This document shows positions 13,330-24,200 of a stretch of DNA of 55,362 bases, one piece after another. The stretch spans positions 1 to 55,362 of the forward strand of contig CAZOKU010000004.1 of the NCBI GenBank assembly GCA_964580715.1. The letters are read 5' to 3'. The notes under the pieces were generated by a model. That model was not told the origin of the DNA. It saw nothing but the letters and a program-made list of their open reading frames with translations, and made no database searches. Made by a program: the position numbers and the translations under genes. The first letter of the stretch is position 1. Every line of letters begins with the position of its first letter. Origin of the DNA: an uncultured Rhizobium sp. GTDB lineage: Bacteria > Pseudomonadota > Alphaproteobacteria > Rickettsiales > UBA1997.

Positions 13330-15450
13330 ATGTTTAAACAAAAAGGCTATTTCATATTTATTTTAGCTACTGTTTTTTTGGGAATTATATCAACATTAGT
13401 TTTGCTTTTTTTTATCTTAAAAAGCAACAAAGAATCAAACATCGAGCTATCCAGAAAAGAAGCAATTAATATCGAAAAAACCATTTCTGAATCATTTGGA
13501 TATTGCAACAAAATAAACAGCTATATGGGCAGGCAGATTGCACAGCACGGCAATCGTGACTTACAATTTATCTTAAAAATATTTCGTCAAGCAGATAAAA
13601 CCGAAAATAAAAACTCACAATTGCTTTCGTGGTCTTCCTTTGATTTTGTAGCACCGGATAACTTACAATTAGTTAATAGTAAAGTTGGCATCAGAAAAGA
13701 TCCACCCGACATGTCAAAAAGACAATATTCAAGTCGCTCAAGAGAAAAACCTTGGACTTTGCAAGTTTCGTTTCCAGTTTTTGGCAATCCTAGTGCTTCA
13801 TGGGTTATTCCCGCTGGCACTGGAATCACCGATGATACAGGAAAATATTTGGGCGCAATTATTGTAGGCTTTAACATTGCTGAGTTAACCTCTTTAGTTG
13901 AGCATCGATTAATCAGCCAAAGCAGTTTTGTGGTTTTGGACGAAGATTTAAATATAATAATTCAGTCAAAAGATGCTGAAACCAACAATCAGATATACCG
14001 CAAAAAGTTGGACAAATTTTATTTTGAAGAAAAGTCTGGAGTAATTTCTAAAGATTTTAATATCGGCAAAGTTAAATATTTTTATTACCAAAAATTTGAT
14101 GATTATCCTTACATCGTTTTAACTGGCTTTAATCAAGCTCTTCTTGCAAAAGAATTTAATCATTCCGTGTTACCAATAATAGGAGGATCAATATTCATCA
14201 CAGCTTTCTTTTTGATGATCTTATATTTATTTAAAGCAAGAATTATATTTTTAATCCACAAAGAAAAACTTCTGGAAAAATCGCTGTGGAATAAAAGAAA
14301 TACTATAAATTTAAAAACTAAGTTGATTCAAGCTACCAGCCACGACCTAAAAAACTATATTTTCGGAATCTCTGGTCTGTCGAAATTGATTATCCAAGAT
14401 AAAACCAAGTCAGAAATTGAAGCAAATGAAGATTTAAAAATGGTGGAAGAGCTTCATCATCAATCGGAAGAATTGATGGGGTTTGTTGAGGATTTGCTTG
14501 ATACCAATCAAAATGAAGAAGGGGAATTTAATTTAGGAAAAATGCAAATTTGCGACATCATCAATCTGATTAGAAGAATGGTGATTTTAAATAAAAATTT
14601 TGCCTTGGAAAACCGCATCAATCTTGAGCTTGATAATAAAACCAAATTCAAAACAGTAAATGTTGAATGCGACGTGCGCCGCTTGAAGCAGGTTCTTAAC
14701 AACATCATCAACAACGCTATAAAATATAGTAATCAAAATAATGTGGTGATTTTGCAGATCACTTTACAAAATCAAGGAAAAGAAGTTTGCATTAGCACCA
14801 TCGACCAAGGAATTGGCATGAGTGAAAAAGAAGTTGTGATGGCATTAAATGGTGATGGTGAAAAAATTAGCAAAAGTGGCTTGAGCAAAGCATTTGATTC
14901 TCATGGCCTTGGAATACCAATTATTAAAAAATTAATTGAACTACATAAAGGACGCTTAGAAATTAACTCAAGCAAAGGCTGTGGAACGGAAGTGAAAATT
15001 TATCTTAACGTTTGCAGCAACAAAGACGAAGATGAAAGAATCTGCAAAGCCAACAGCATTTATGATAAATTCAAAGATAAAGCAGCGCTGATTGCAGAAG
15101 ATAACAACATCAACAACAAAGTTATCACCTTTTTGCTGCGCAAAATGGGCTTTCGCGTGAAGCATGTGGAAAATGGTGAGGAAATTTTAGAACAGCTCGA
15201 AAAACAGCATTTTGACTTGATCTTGCTTGATATAAACATGCCAAAATTAGGCGGATTTGAAACTGCAAAAATCATTAGAGAAGGAAAAATTTTTAAGCGC
15301 TTTAAAAATTATAACATTCCAATTATTGCCATCAGCACCGAGAAACAAGAATTATCTAACCTCAAACTTCATGGCATCAACATGCTTCTGGGCAAACCAT
15401 TTTCAGAAAAAGAGCTGCTAGACTTTGTTATGGGCTGTATGAAACTTTAA
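13330..15450 (+). CDS. Hybrid sensor histidine kinase/response regulator (TM, Cache-like periplasmic domain, TM, HisKA, HATPase, REC)
   Basis: H-box ATSHDLKN, N-box NNIINNAIKYS, G-boxes DQGIGM and GLGIPIIKK. REC domain: ALIAEDNNINN...LILLDINMP...GKPF. The ATG at 13330 is preferred over the TTG at 13279. Confidence 0.85.
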   Translation: MFKQKGYFIFILATVFLGIISTLVLLFFILKSNKESNIELSRKEAINIEKTISESFGYCNKINSYMGRQIAQHGNRDLQFILKIFRQADKTENKNSQLLSWSSFDFVAPDNLQLVNSKVGIRKDPPDMSKRQYSSRSREKPWTLQVSFPVFGNPSASWVIPAGTGITDDTGKYLGAIIVGFNIAELTSLVEHRLISQSSFVVLDEDLNIIIQSKDAETNNQIYRKKLDKFYFEEKSGVISKDFNIGKVKYFYYQKFDDYPYIVLTGFNQALLAKEFNHSVLPIIGGSIFITAFFLMILYLFKARIIFLIHKEKLLEKSLWNKRNTINLKTKLIQATSHDLKNYIFGISGLSKLIIQDKTKSEIEANEDLKMVEELHHQSEELMGFVEDLLDTNQNEEGEFNLGKMQICDIINLIRRMVILNKNFALENRINLELDNKTKFKTVNVECDVRRLKQVLNNIINNAIKYSNQNNVVILQITLQNQGKEVCISTIDQGIGMSEKEVVMALNGDGEKISKSGLSKAFDSHGLGIPIIKKLIELHKGRLEINSSKGCGTEVKIYLNVCSNKDEDERICKANSIYDKFKDKAALIAEDNNINNKVITFLLRKMGFRVKHVENGEEILEQLEKQHFDLILLDINMPKLGGFETAKIIREGKIFKRFKNYNIPIIAISTEKQELSNLKLHGINMLLGKPFSEKELLDFVMGCMKL

Positions 15451-15455
15451 ACATC

Positions 15456-16328
15456 ATGAAAAACTCACTGCCAATAAAATCAAAAGCGCATGAAGCGCGC
15501 ATTAAAGAAATTGCCGAAATTATCGCTAAAACAGCTAAGGATAAAATTGCTTTTATAATTTTATTTGGTTCTTTTGCCCGCGGTTCTTGGGTTCGCTATC
15601 GATATTCTGAAGGCAATGCAATTTATGAACATGCTTCTGATTATGATTTTTTAATCATTACAAAACACAACCGACAATTAAGCAGCAATGCTAATTTTGA
15701 TCTTGAGAGAAAAATTAAAAGAAAAATTGATGATTCAACCTCAGTTAGAGAAATACATCGCAGCCATCTCATCATTGAATCAATCAGCAACGTAAATAGC
15801 GAACTTGAAAAATCCCAATTTTTTTTCTCTGATATAAAAAAAGAAGGGATAATTCTTTTTGACTCTGGTGAATTTAAATTGTCAAATTCAAAAGATCTTG
15901 ATTTAGATCAAAGAAATAAGATTATTAAAATAAATTATGATCATTGGTTTGAAAGCGCTGCTGGATTTTTAGTTGATTATAAAAGTGCTTTTGCAAGAAA
16001 TGATTATAAAAAAGCTGCATTTTATTTACATCAAGCAACTGAAAGTTTATATAGCTGCACTCTTCTTACTCTAGGCGGATACAAACCAAAATCACACGAT
16101 CTTGAAGAATTGAATCAACTTTGTGCTTTTTATTCTCCTGATTTTTTGACAATTTTTCCACGAGCTAATAAAAAGCAAAAAGAATGTTTTAAAATATTAC
16201 AACAGTCTTACATAGAAGCTCGTTACAGCAAAAGCTTTAATATTACTAAAGGACAATTAGAATATTTATTTGCAAGAATAGAAAAATTACAGAATCTGGT
16301 TGCGGCAATTTGTAAAAAAGATTTTTAA
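15456..16328 (+). CDS. Nucleotidyltransferase (Pol-beta fold) fused to a HEPN-like domain
   Basis: NTase motif LFGSFARGS...SDYDFLI. The C-terminal helical domain has FYLHQATESLYSC...KSHDLEEL...IEARYS, a HEPN pattern. No Rx4-6H RNase motif was seen. Confidence 0.7.
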   Translation: MKNSLPIKSKAHEARIKEIAEIIAKTAKDKIAFIILFGSFARGSWVRYRYSEGNAIYEHASDYDFLIITKHNRQLSSNANFDLERKIKRKIDDSTSVREIHRSHLIIESISNVNSELEKSQFFFSDIKKEGIILFDSGEFKLSNSKDLDLDQRNKIIKINYDHWFESAAGFLVDYKSAFARNDYKKAAFYLHQATESLYSCTLLTLGGYKPKSHDLEELNQLCAFYSPDFLTIFPRANKKQKECFKILQQSYIEARYSKSFNITKGQLEYLFARIEKLQNLVAAICKKDF

Positions 16329-16336
16329 TAAAAATT

Positions 16337-17533
16337 ATGACCCACAAAAAAGAAATAAAAAACTCACTTCCAGAATTTGTCACTTTGATGGCGCTTTATG
16401 TGGCGCTGATGGCGATGTCAATTGACATGATTTTGCCGGCACTTTCAATGATTGGAAAAGAATTTAATGTCGCAAATGAAAACGAAACTCAATATATAAT
16501 CGGATTTCTTTTTCTTGGTTTCACCTTCGGACAAATTCTTTACGGACCACTTGCCGACAGCTTTGGGCGCAAACCAACTGTTTATTTTGGGTTGATCTTT
16601 TTTATCTTCGGAGACATCTTAAGCATCAATTCACATGATTTCCGCACCATGCTTTTGGGCCGCTTCCTGCAAGGCTTTGGCGCAGCATCCCCTAGAATCA
16701 TCAGCATCGCCATCATCCGCGACCTCTACAAAGGAGCCGACATGGCAAGAATTATGTCATTCATCATGACAATATTCATCATTATTCCAGTCATCGCCCC
16801 AAGCATCGGGCAAGCAATCTTATTCATCGCCAGCTGGCGCGTGATGTTTTTTATATTTTTAACTGCCGCTTTAATTGTTGCGCTGTGGACTCACTTCCGA
16901 CTACCAGAAACCCTGAAACCACAAGATGTCAGACCATTTAAACTTAAAGCAATCTTATCTGATTTCGCAAAAGTTTTTGCCAACAAAATCACACTTGGCT
17001 ATGCCATTTGTGCTGGTCTGTCTTTTTCCGCACTGATTGGCTATCTTACTTCTTCAAGGCAAATTTTTCAGGATTATTTTGCCGTCGGTGAATTATTCCC
17101 CATTTATTTTGGCATCTCAGCTCTTTCAATTGGCGCTGCCTCAATTGTAAATTCTGCGATTGTCAAACGCTATGGCATGAAAATAATCTGCAATTACGCA
17201 CTTATCACTATGATTGCAATGTCAGCTTTGTTTTTATTAATCTCAAGCCTTCAGCCAACAATTGCAATTTGGCAATTCATGCTTTTTGCAATAATCACAT
17301 TTTTTTGCTTTGGAATGTTATATGGAAATTTAAATGCTCTAGCAATGGAACCAATGGGACACATTGCTGGCGTTGCTTCTGCAGTGATCGGCTTTTTATC
17401 TTCCGGAATTTCTGCAGTGATTGGAACTGTAATCGGACAATCCTACAACAACAGCCTTAGCCCTATATTTCTAGGCTTCCTGCTGCTTACAACCATTTCC
17501 TTCGTGATACAAAAAAAACTAAATAAACTATAA
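16337..17533 (+). CDS. MFS transporter, Bcr/CflA drug-resistance subfamily
   Basis: 12 TM helices and the motif GPLADSFGRKP after TM2. Confidence 0.8.
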   Translation: MTHKKEIKNSLPEFVTLMALYVALMAMSIDMILPALSMIGKEFNVANENETQYIIGFLFLGFTFGQILYGPLADSFGRKPTVYFGLIFFIFGDILSINSHDFRTMLLGRFLQGFGAASPRIISIAIIRDLYKGADMARIMSFIMTIFIIIPVIAPSIGQAILFIASWRVMFFIFLTAALIVALWTHFRLPETLKPQDVRPFKLKAILSDFAKVFANKITLGYAICAGLSFSALIGYLTSSRQIFQDYFAVGELFPIYFGISALSIGAASIVNSAIVKRYGMKIICNYALITMIAMSALFLLISSLQPTIAIWQFMLFAIITFFCFGMLYGNLNALAMEPMGHIAGVASAVIGFLSSGISAVIGTVIGQSYNNSLSPIFLGFLLLTTISFVIQKKLNKL

Positions 17534-17537
17534 ACAC

Positions 17538-18134
17538 ATGAAAAACCACACCTTAGTTAAATCACAACTCGATCAAAATAAAACTGGCTGGATGAAATCT
17601 TTTTTAGATGGATTTTCACAAGATGAAAATGGCGATCCAATTCCTTGGATGAGCTATCCAGCAATTGAATTTTTAGAAAAAAATTTAACACAAAATCACG
17701 AAATTTTTGAATTTGGCGCTGGCGCATCCACCTTATTTTTTGCCAAAAAAGTTAAAAGCGTGACCACTCTTGAAACCAACAAAAGATGGTTTAATTACGT
17801 AAAAGACTTACTTAAAGAAGAAAAAAAAGTTCAACTTTTTTTAATGGAAGACGGCCTCAAAAACCCACAATACGAAGCCTTCCCACAGCAACTAAACAAA
17901 AAATTTGACTTTATTATAATTGATTCACTAAAAAGATTTGAATGCGTTAAAAATTCAATCAATGCCTTAAAACCCGATGGCAAGCTGATTCTTGATGATT
18001 CTGAAAGAAAAAACTACAAAAAAATCTTCGATTTTTTACAACAAGAAAATTTCCTAAAACAAGATTTCATCGGCATCGCACCCGGACAGTTGAGACTAAA
18101 AAACACTACGATTTTTTGGCATATACCAAAGTAA
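17538..18134 (+). CDS. Putative class I SAM-dependent methyltransferase
   Basis: Motif I IFEFGAGASTLFFA, acidic residue in TLETN, then FIIIDS and LKPDGKLILDD. Confidence 0.55.
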   Translation: MKNHTLVKSQLDQNKTGWMKSFLDGFSQDENGDPIPWMSYPAIEFLEKNLTQNHEIFEFGAGASTLFFAKKVKSVTTLETNKRWFNYVKDLLKEEKKVQLFLMEDGLKNPQYEAFPQQLNKKFDFIIIDSLKRFECVKNSINALKPDGKLILDDSERKNYKKIFDFLQQENFLKQDFIGIAPGQLRLKNTTIFWHIPK

Positions 18135-18176
18135 GAATCTATTGATAGTTTTTACTTCGCCATTTTGGTAAAAATT
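18121..18176. repeat. Solo half-copy of the 4036-4199 MITE-like element, overlapping the stop codon of the methyltransferase gene
   Basis: 18121-18176 aligns with 4036-4091 at about 52/56 identities. Confidence 0.8.
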
Positions 18177-18178
18177 CT

Positions 18179-18217
18179 GGCATAATTAAAAAAGTGGGTG
18201 ATTTTTTTAATTATGCC
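18179..18217. terminator. Bidirectional terminator hairpin between convergent genes
   Basis: GGCATAATTAAAAAA pairs with TTTTTTAATTATGCC across an 8-9 nt loop. A/T runs lie on both sides. Confidence 0.65.
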
Positions 18218-18271
18218 TTATTCCTTATACCGAGCTTTTTCTGATATCCTGTTAATAAAACATTGCGTTAG

Positions 18272-21200
18272 TTAATGCACTATCCCATTTCTCTCAACAA
18301 CACCAACACCTTCCATCGGGTTTATAATAGTGCCAGCTATTTCTCCTTCCATCACAGAAGAACTTCCAGCTCCTGCTCCGCTTTTCCTTTCAATTACTGC
18401 TCTTTCAACTAGTCTTGTAATATTGATATTACCTAAACACTTAGAAAACTCTAAAATGCTTATACGTTCAAAACCGTTCTCTTTCATTGCTGGATCTGGA
18501 TATGGTGTTTTTAAATCGACTCCAGAACATTGAAGTAAAATATCCACTATTTCTTCACAACCATTACAAACAGCAATGAAAAGAGCTGTTTCCATTACAG
18601 AACTTTTACTATCAACATTTATACCAAGTTTAATAAGAAATGAGACCAGCTTTATATTTTTGGTTCTAACTGCAAGATGTAGCAAAGTTTCCTCTGCTGC
18701 AAATAGAGTATTAACAAGGCTGGTATCCATCATCAGCATCCTTTTTAAGGCTCTATTGTTACCTTCTTTAAGAAGCTCTGTAATATTATCTTGTCGTAAA
18801 TATTCAGGTTTAGTCATCCACTTTTTTTCCCGTTGAACGGCAATTTGGTCTATAACACTTTTTTCAAATCCATCCAATTTTGATCTATCTAGATATTGGG
18901 AAACATCTAAACCACGATCATCTATTGCAGAAATATCAAATTGTGGCAAAGAAGCGAAACAATCAAATATCTTTTTACACATATCTTTTTTGTTATGTCC
19001 TAAAAGATTTTCAAATGCCATATGCACTGCAGTGCGTCCTAAACTATCTTTAGCGTTAATGTCAGCACCCGCCATAGCAAGTCTTTTTATATATTTAAGT
19101 ATTCCACGATTACCAGACTGAATATATCCTTCGACCAAATAATGGATTGCGCTTAATCCATAGACATCTTTCTTACTCAATTCTTCTTTATTTAAAGCTT
19201 TTCTTTCTTCTAAAAAAATATCTAACAATAATTCTTCTTTATTTAAAGCTTTTCTTTCTTCTAACAAAATATCTAACAATTTGGTATCATATTTTATACA
19301 AGCCAAAATCAAAATATTTCTTCCATCTAGATCTTCTTGATCACTTAAATTGCCTAAAGATTTTGATTTAATCTTTTTTCCGAATTCTGTTTTCTTTTCT
19401 GGAATCACACAATCACTAACTCTCGAAGACGAGCGCAAGACATTGCCTATAATACAAAATCTACGAAGCTCCGATTCTTCATATCTTTTTTTACACTCTT
19501 CCTCCAACATAGTACTACTTTCTAATGAGGCTTTTAACATATTTCTTATTTTTTGATAAGTTGCTCGATTAGTAACCGCGCCTTCAACTTCTTTTGCACT
19601 AATCTCTATTGCATCGAGTGCTCTATCACCTGTTCTGGATGGGCTAGTCTTTAAAAGAATAAATTCCTTAATATTTCTATATGAGTTCCAGAATCCAGAA
19701 TTTTGTGAATCTGGAAAAGGTTCCAAAGAAAGCAAATATTTTATAACTTTATCATATCCACATTTTACTGCTTTATGAAGCACTGTTAGTCCACTAGAAC
19801 TTTTATCCCATATATTTGCTCCGCAGGATTCAACTAACAATTTTATACATAACAGAAAGTTATCCTGATTGTTCTTTATACTACCTCCAGCGATAAGACT
19901 CATTAAAGAATCTGTTGATTCTATTTTGCAATTATAAATTCTTCTGCCTATTCCATATTCGATACAAAACTTTAAAGCTTCTGGATCCTCATTTATTACA
20001 CAAATCTGCAAAAAATTTCGACCCTCATAATCCCTTGCATGTGGATCTTTCTTCAACAAAGACAAAAAACTACCGTCTATCATTCCTCTGTCATATAAAC
20101 GACTAATTATAGGTTGTGCTGCATTAATAATAATTTGGTTTTTAATCATCATAGAAATATCATGATTATTACAATCAAAAGCAGCTTTACCATGTTTGTT
20201 TCTTAATTCTAATTGACATTCTGGCTGCGCAATCAAATATGTAACTATATCTTCTGCTTCTGCCCTAGCGGCAAGCATCAAAATTGAATCACCCGAACCG
20301 TTCTGATAATTAATGCTAATAGAATTTTCAGCTAGAAATTTCTGCAAACCAATAAAATCATTCGACAGGATCAATTGTTTTATATTTTGATTATAGGAAA
20401 CATTTCCTTTTGGTGATTGTATATCTGCCCCTGCCCCCGCTCCTGCTCCTGCTACAGCTCCGACCTCTTCTATATCAAAAACACTATCAACATCATCAAC
20501 AGAAAACTTAATTTCATCTTCAGCTGCATAATATTTCCGATCTTCTGGCGATTCTAGAATTCCAAGTTTATTTCTAATTAATTTTATAATGTTAATATTG
20601 CCATGGCATTTTTCTAATTCTAGGATGTTGAATCCTTGTAAATCTCGCATCATTAGACTAATTTCAGGATGCGTAAGCAAAAGCTTAATCATTGCTTCAG
20701 ATCCATTTTGCACAGCAATATGCAAGGCAGTTTGACCTAAAAAATTTCTTGCATTAATATTGATACCAATTTTTAGTAATAATTTAGCCAAATCTAAATT
20801 TTTGATTTTAGCAGCAATATGTAATAGATTATCTCTATACAAATATTCCTCATTAATCGAATCAATTTTTACCAATGCAAATTTTATCAATTCTATATTA
20901 TCAAATTCCCTAATATTTTGTAATAAAATTTTGCTTTCTCTTGAATAATGATATTGTTCCTCAGTACCATTAGTAATGCTAAATACTGTTTTACCGTCAT
21001 GTATTCTTGATTCAACTTCCGATAAATTACAAAAGAACTTTTTTATTCTTGATTCCTTAGAAGGTTCATATTCTAAAATGAGATCTTTTGGACTATAATT
21101 ACGACTATTTCTAGCATTAGCATCAACACCTGCTGAAATAATCATTTCTATGCACAAAATGAAATTATTTTCATTACGTAATGTATTTGAATCACTATAA

Positions 21201-24200
21201 TAGAAATATATTGCATTATGAAGCAAATTATTGCCACAGTTATCTATAACATTTAATATCTCTATAATATTTGTTTGAGAAGCTTTTTTTAGATGAGTTT
21301 CTAACATACCTGGATCACACGATTCTAAAGCTCTTATAATATCATTTTTTAGAGATTCTGTACGTCTAGGAAGCCTCTGAAAAATTGGCATCAATCCAGA
21401 ATCAACCTCTAATTCTAAGGAACTTTTTTCTGAAGTCTTTCTTAATAAATTTGATATATCACCACATAAGCCCTCGATCTCTTGATATTGTTCACTGTCC
21501 TTAATATGAACATGCAATTTAATCCATTTATCAAGTTTTCCTAAAGCAAAATCACCCAAAACATAAATCGGCGAATTAATTTTTATTTTATTATCAGAAC
21601 CTAATTTCTCATAATCATATCTAATATCAAAACCATACTTGAACAATAATTTTATACATCTGACACGATTCAATTCTGAAACTTGAATTCTATAATTATC
21701 AGAAAAAGCAACATCCATTAGAGTTAGAATTTTTCTAGTTCCTGTGATTTTATTTTCAAATCTAACTATTTGATCATTAAGTTTTTCTCCACCAATTCCA
21801 ATTTTAATACATTCTTCTAATAGCTTATAATATCCATTACTCAAGCATATCATTAGAATATTAAAACCATCTTCATTTTGTGCATGAGGATTTTTCTTTA
21901 ATAACTCAAAATGTTCATCGCTAATACAACCAAGACTCTTTAGTTCGATTATGATAGGATATGCCGCTCTGCTAATAATTTTCTTTATAATCAAATTTGC
22001 GATATAATCATTTTCACAATCAAAGGCAGCCTTACCATATATATTCCTTAATTCCAAATTGCATTCTGGCCTAGAGATTAAATATCTAACAAGAATCTCA
22101 GCTTGTTTATTTGAATTATTAGCAGCTAGAATCAAAATTGAATTTCCTTTATCGTCTAAATGATTTATATCAAGGTTACTTGTTTCCAAAAATTGTATTA
22201 AACCTATAATATTAACTTCTGAGATAAATTGTTTTATTTTCTTATCAACGCACTTTGAAAGAAAATTTATCGTACTAATATTAGTAAACCATCTTGCATA
22301 ATTAAAAATATTTAAAGCTTCCTCATCTCCTTTATTATATGAACTAACTTTAGGATTTGACATTACAATTATCTCAATTATCTCATTTAATCCATTTTGA
22401 ACTGCAATATCTAGGGCAGACTCTTCTAAAACATTTCTATAACTAACATCAATACCTTTTTCTATAAGCAGACGAACTAAATCTATATCTTTTTTTCTAA
22501 CCGCAAAATGCAATAATGTTTCCCCGCCTTCAAATATGTCCTCAAATAAAAACTGACATATCTTACTATCTTTACTGCAATCCAACAACAATTCTTGAAA
22601 ATTAATATAATGAGCTTCTGTTTTTACCAATATTTTCAAGCATTCTATACTATTTGCTTTCACTGCATGATGAATAGCACTAAGTCCAAAATCATCCTGC
22701 TTATTTAAAATATCTATCTTATCTTTCTTTGATAGGATAGGAATCATTTTTTGCAAATAAAATTCTAATAGATCACTTCTACCATGCTTACAAAACCACA
22801 TCAAAAAATTTATTCCTTCTGCATTTTCAATGATATAATGATAACGAGAATGCATTAAATTCTTATCCATAAATAATTGTAAGTCTTCTATGGAACCTTC
22901 TATCGGAATAGCAGAAACATAATCTGGCTCGTAAAACCATAGATTATTCTTAATTTTACTTCCAAAAATTATATGAGGATGTGATATAACTTCATTTCTA
23001 CCAATTCCATATTCAATGCAAGTTTGTAAACCTTCTATATCACCATACCGATTACAAATATCTAAAAGATTCAAATTTTCTTTGTTCTTTGCATGAGGAT
23101 TTTTCTTTAAAACATTGAAAAAATACTCATCATCAAATCCTTTTGCTTTTAACCTTTCTATTATTGGTTGTGTTTGTCTGATCAAAATTTGGTTTTTGAT
23201 CATCATCGCAATATAATCATTCCGACAATCAAAAGCAGCTATCCCTTTTTTGTTTCTTAACTCTAAATTACATTCAGGATTTGAGATTAAAAATCTAACA
23301 ATCTCAATAGAACCATGTCCAGCTTCAGCAGCATACATCAAAATCGAATTACCAGATCTATCTTTAATATTTACATCAATATATTCTTTATTATATTCTT
23401 TAAAAATACTTACAAAACACTCTAAGTCACGTTGTTGAATTGCTTTTATTAACCATCTAAAAATTAAATTTTTTATCTGTATTTCTAACTCTGATTTTGT
23501 TTTATCAAGAGACGCTTCTTTACCTCTTATTATTTCTATCTCTTTCCTTAAATACTCTATATCTAAAAACCTTTCTGATCCGCTTTTAATTTTACTCTCG
23601 ATTAACTTCAAAATATTGGCATTGCCAGAAAACCTTGCCAAATCTAAAACATCAAAACCATTACGGTATACTTTATGCAAATTAATCTGATCACTTTCAA
23701 CTAGAGTTTTAACTATTTCTTCTGAACCATTTTCCACGGCAATAGATAAAGCTGTATCTTTTAAATCATTTTCAGCATTAATATCTGCACAAACTAGCAA
23801 AAGAAAATTAACTAAATCCAAATTCCGCATTTTGACGGCAATATGCAATAAATTTTGTCCATTAATGTATTTATCGTTAATTGAATCAAAATTTACCAAT
23901 ATAAATTTTTTTAAATCATCGAAGCTTTCTGATTTAATTAATTTTAATAATTCTGGTTTTAAATTAGTTTTTTCTCTTTTTCTTAAAACTTCTCTAAATT
24001 TCTTTGCAGAAACATTTCTTTCGATAATTGCACTCCAAATCAAATTTGAAATATCTTCACTTTCGCAATCAAAGGCAGCTTTTCCTTCTTTATTTAAAAT
24101 CTCTAAATTACAACTAGACTGCAAGGTTAAAAACTTAACAATATTTTTAGCATTAAATATGGCTGCATTAATCAAAATTGAATTTCCTAAATCATCCACA

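Noticed and set aside
15456-16328. NTase-HEPN protein as a HEPN RNase toxin-antitoxin (MntA/HepT-type) defence module
   Set aside because: The two domains are fused in one polypeptide, and I could not find an Rx4-6H catalytic motif in the HEPN part. It is kept only as an NTase/HEPN-fold enzyme of unknown substrate.
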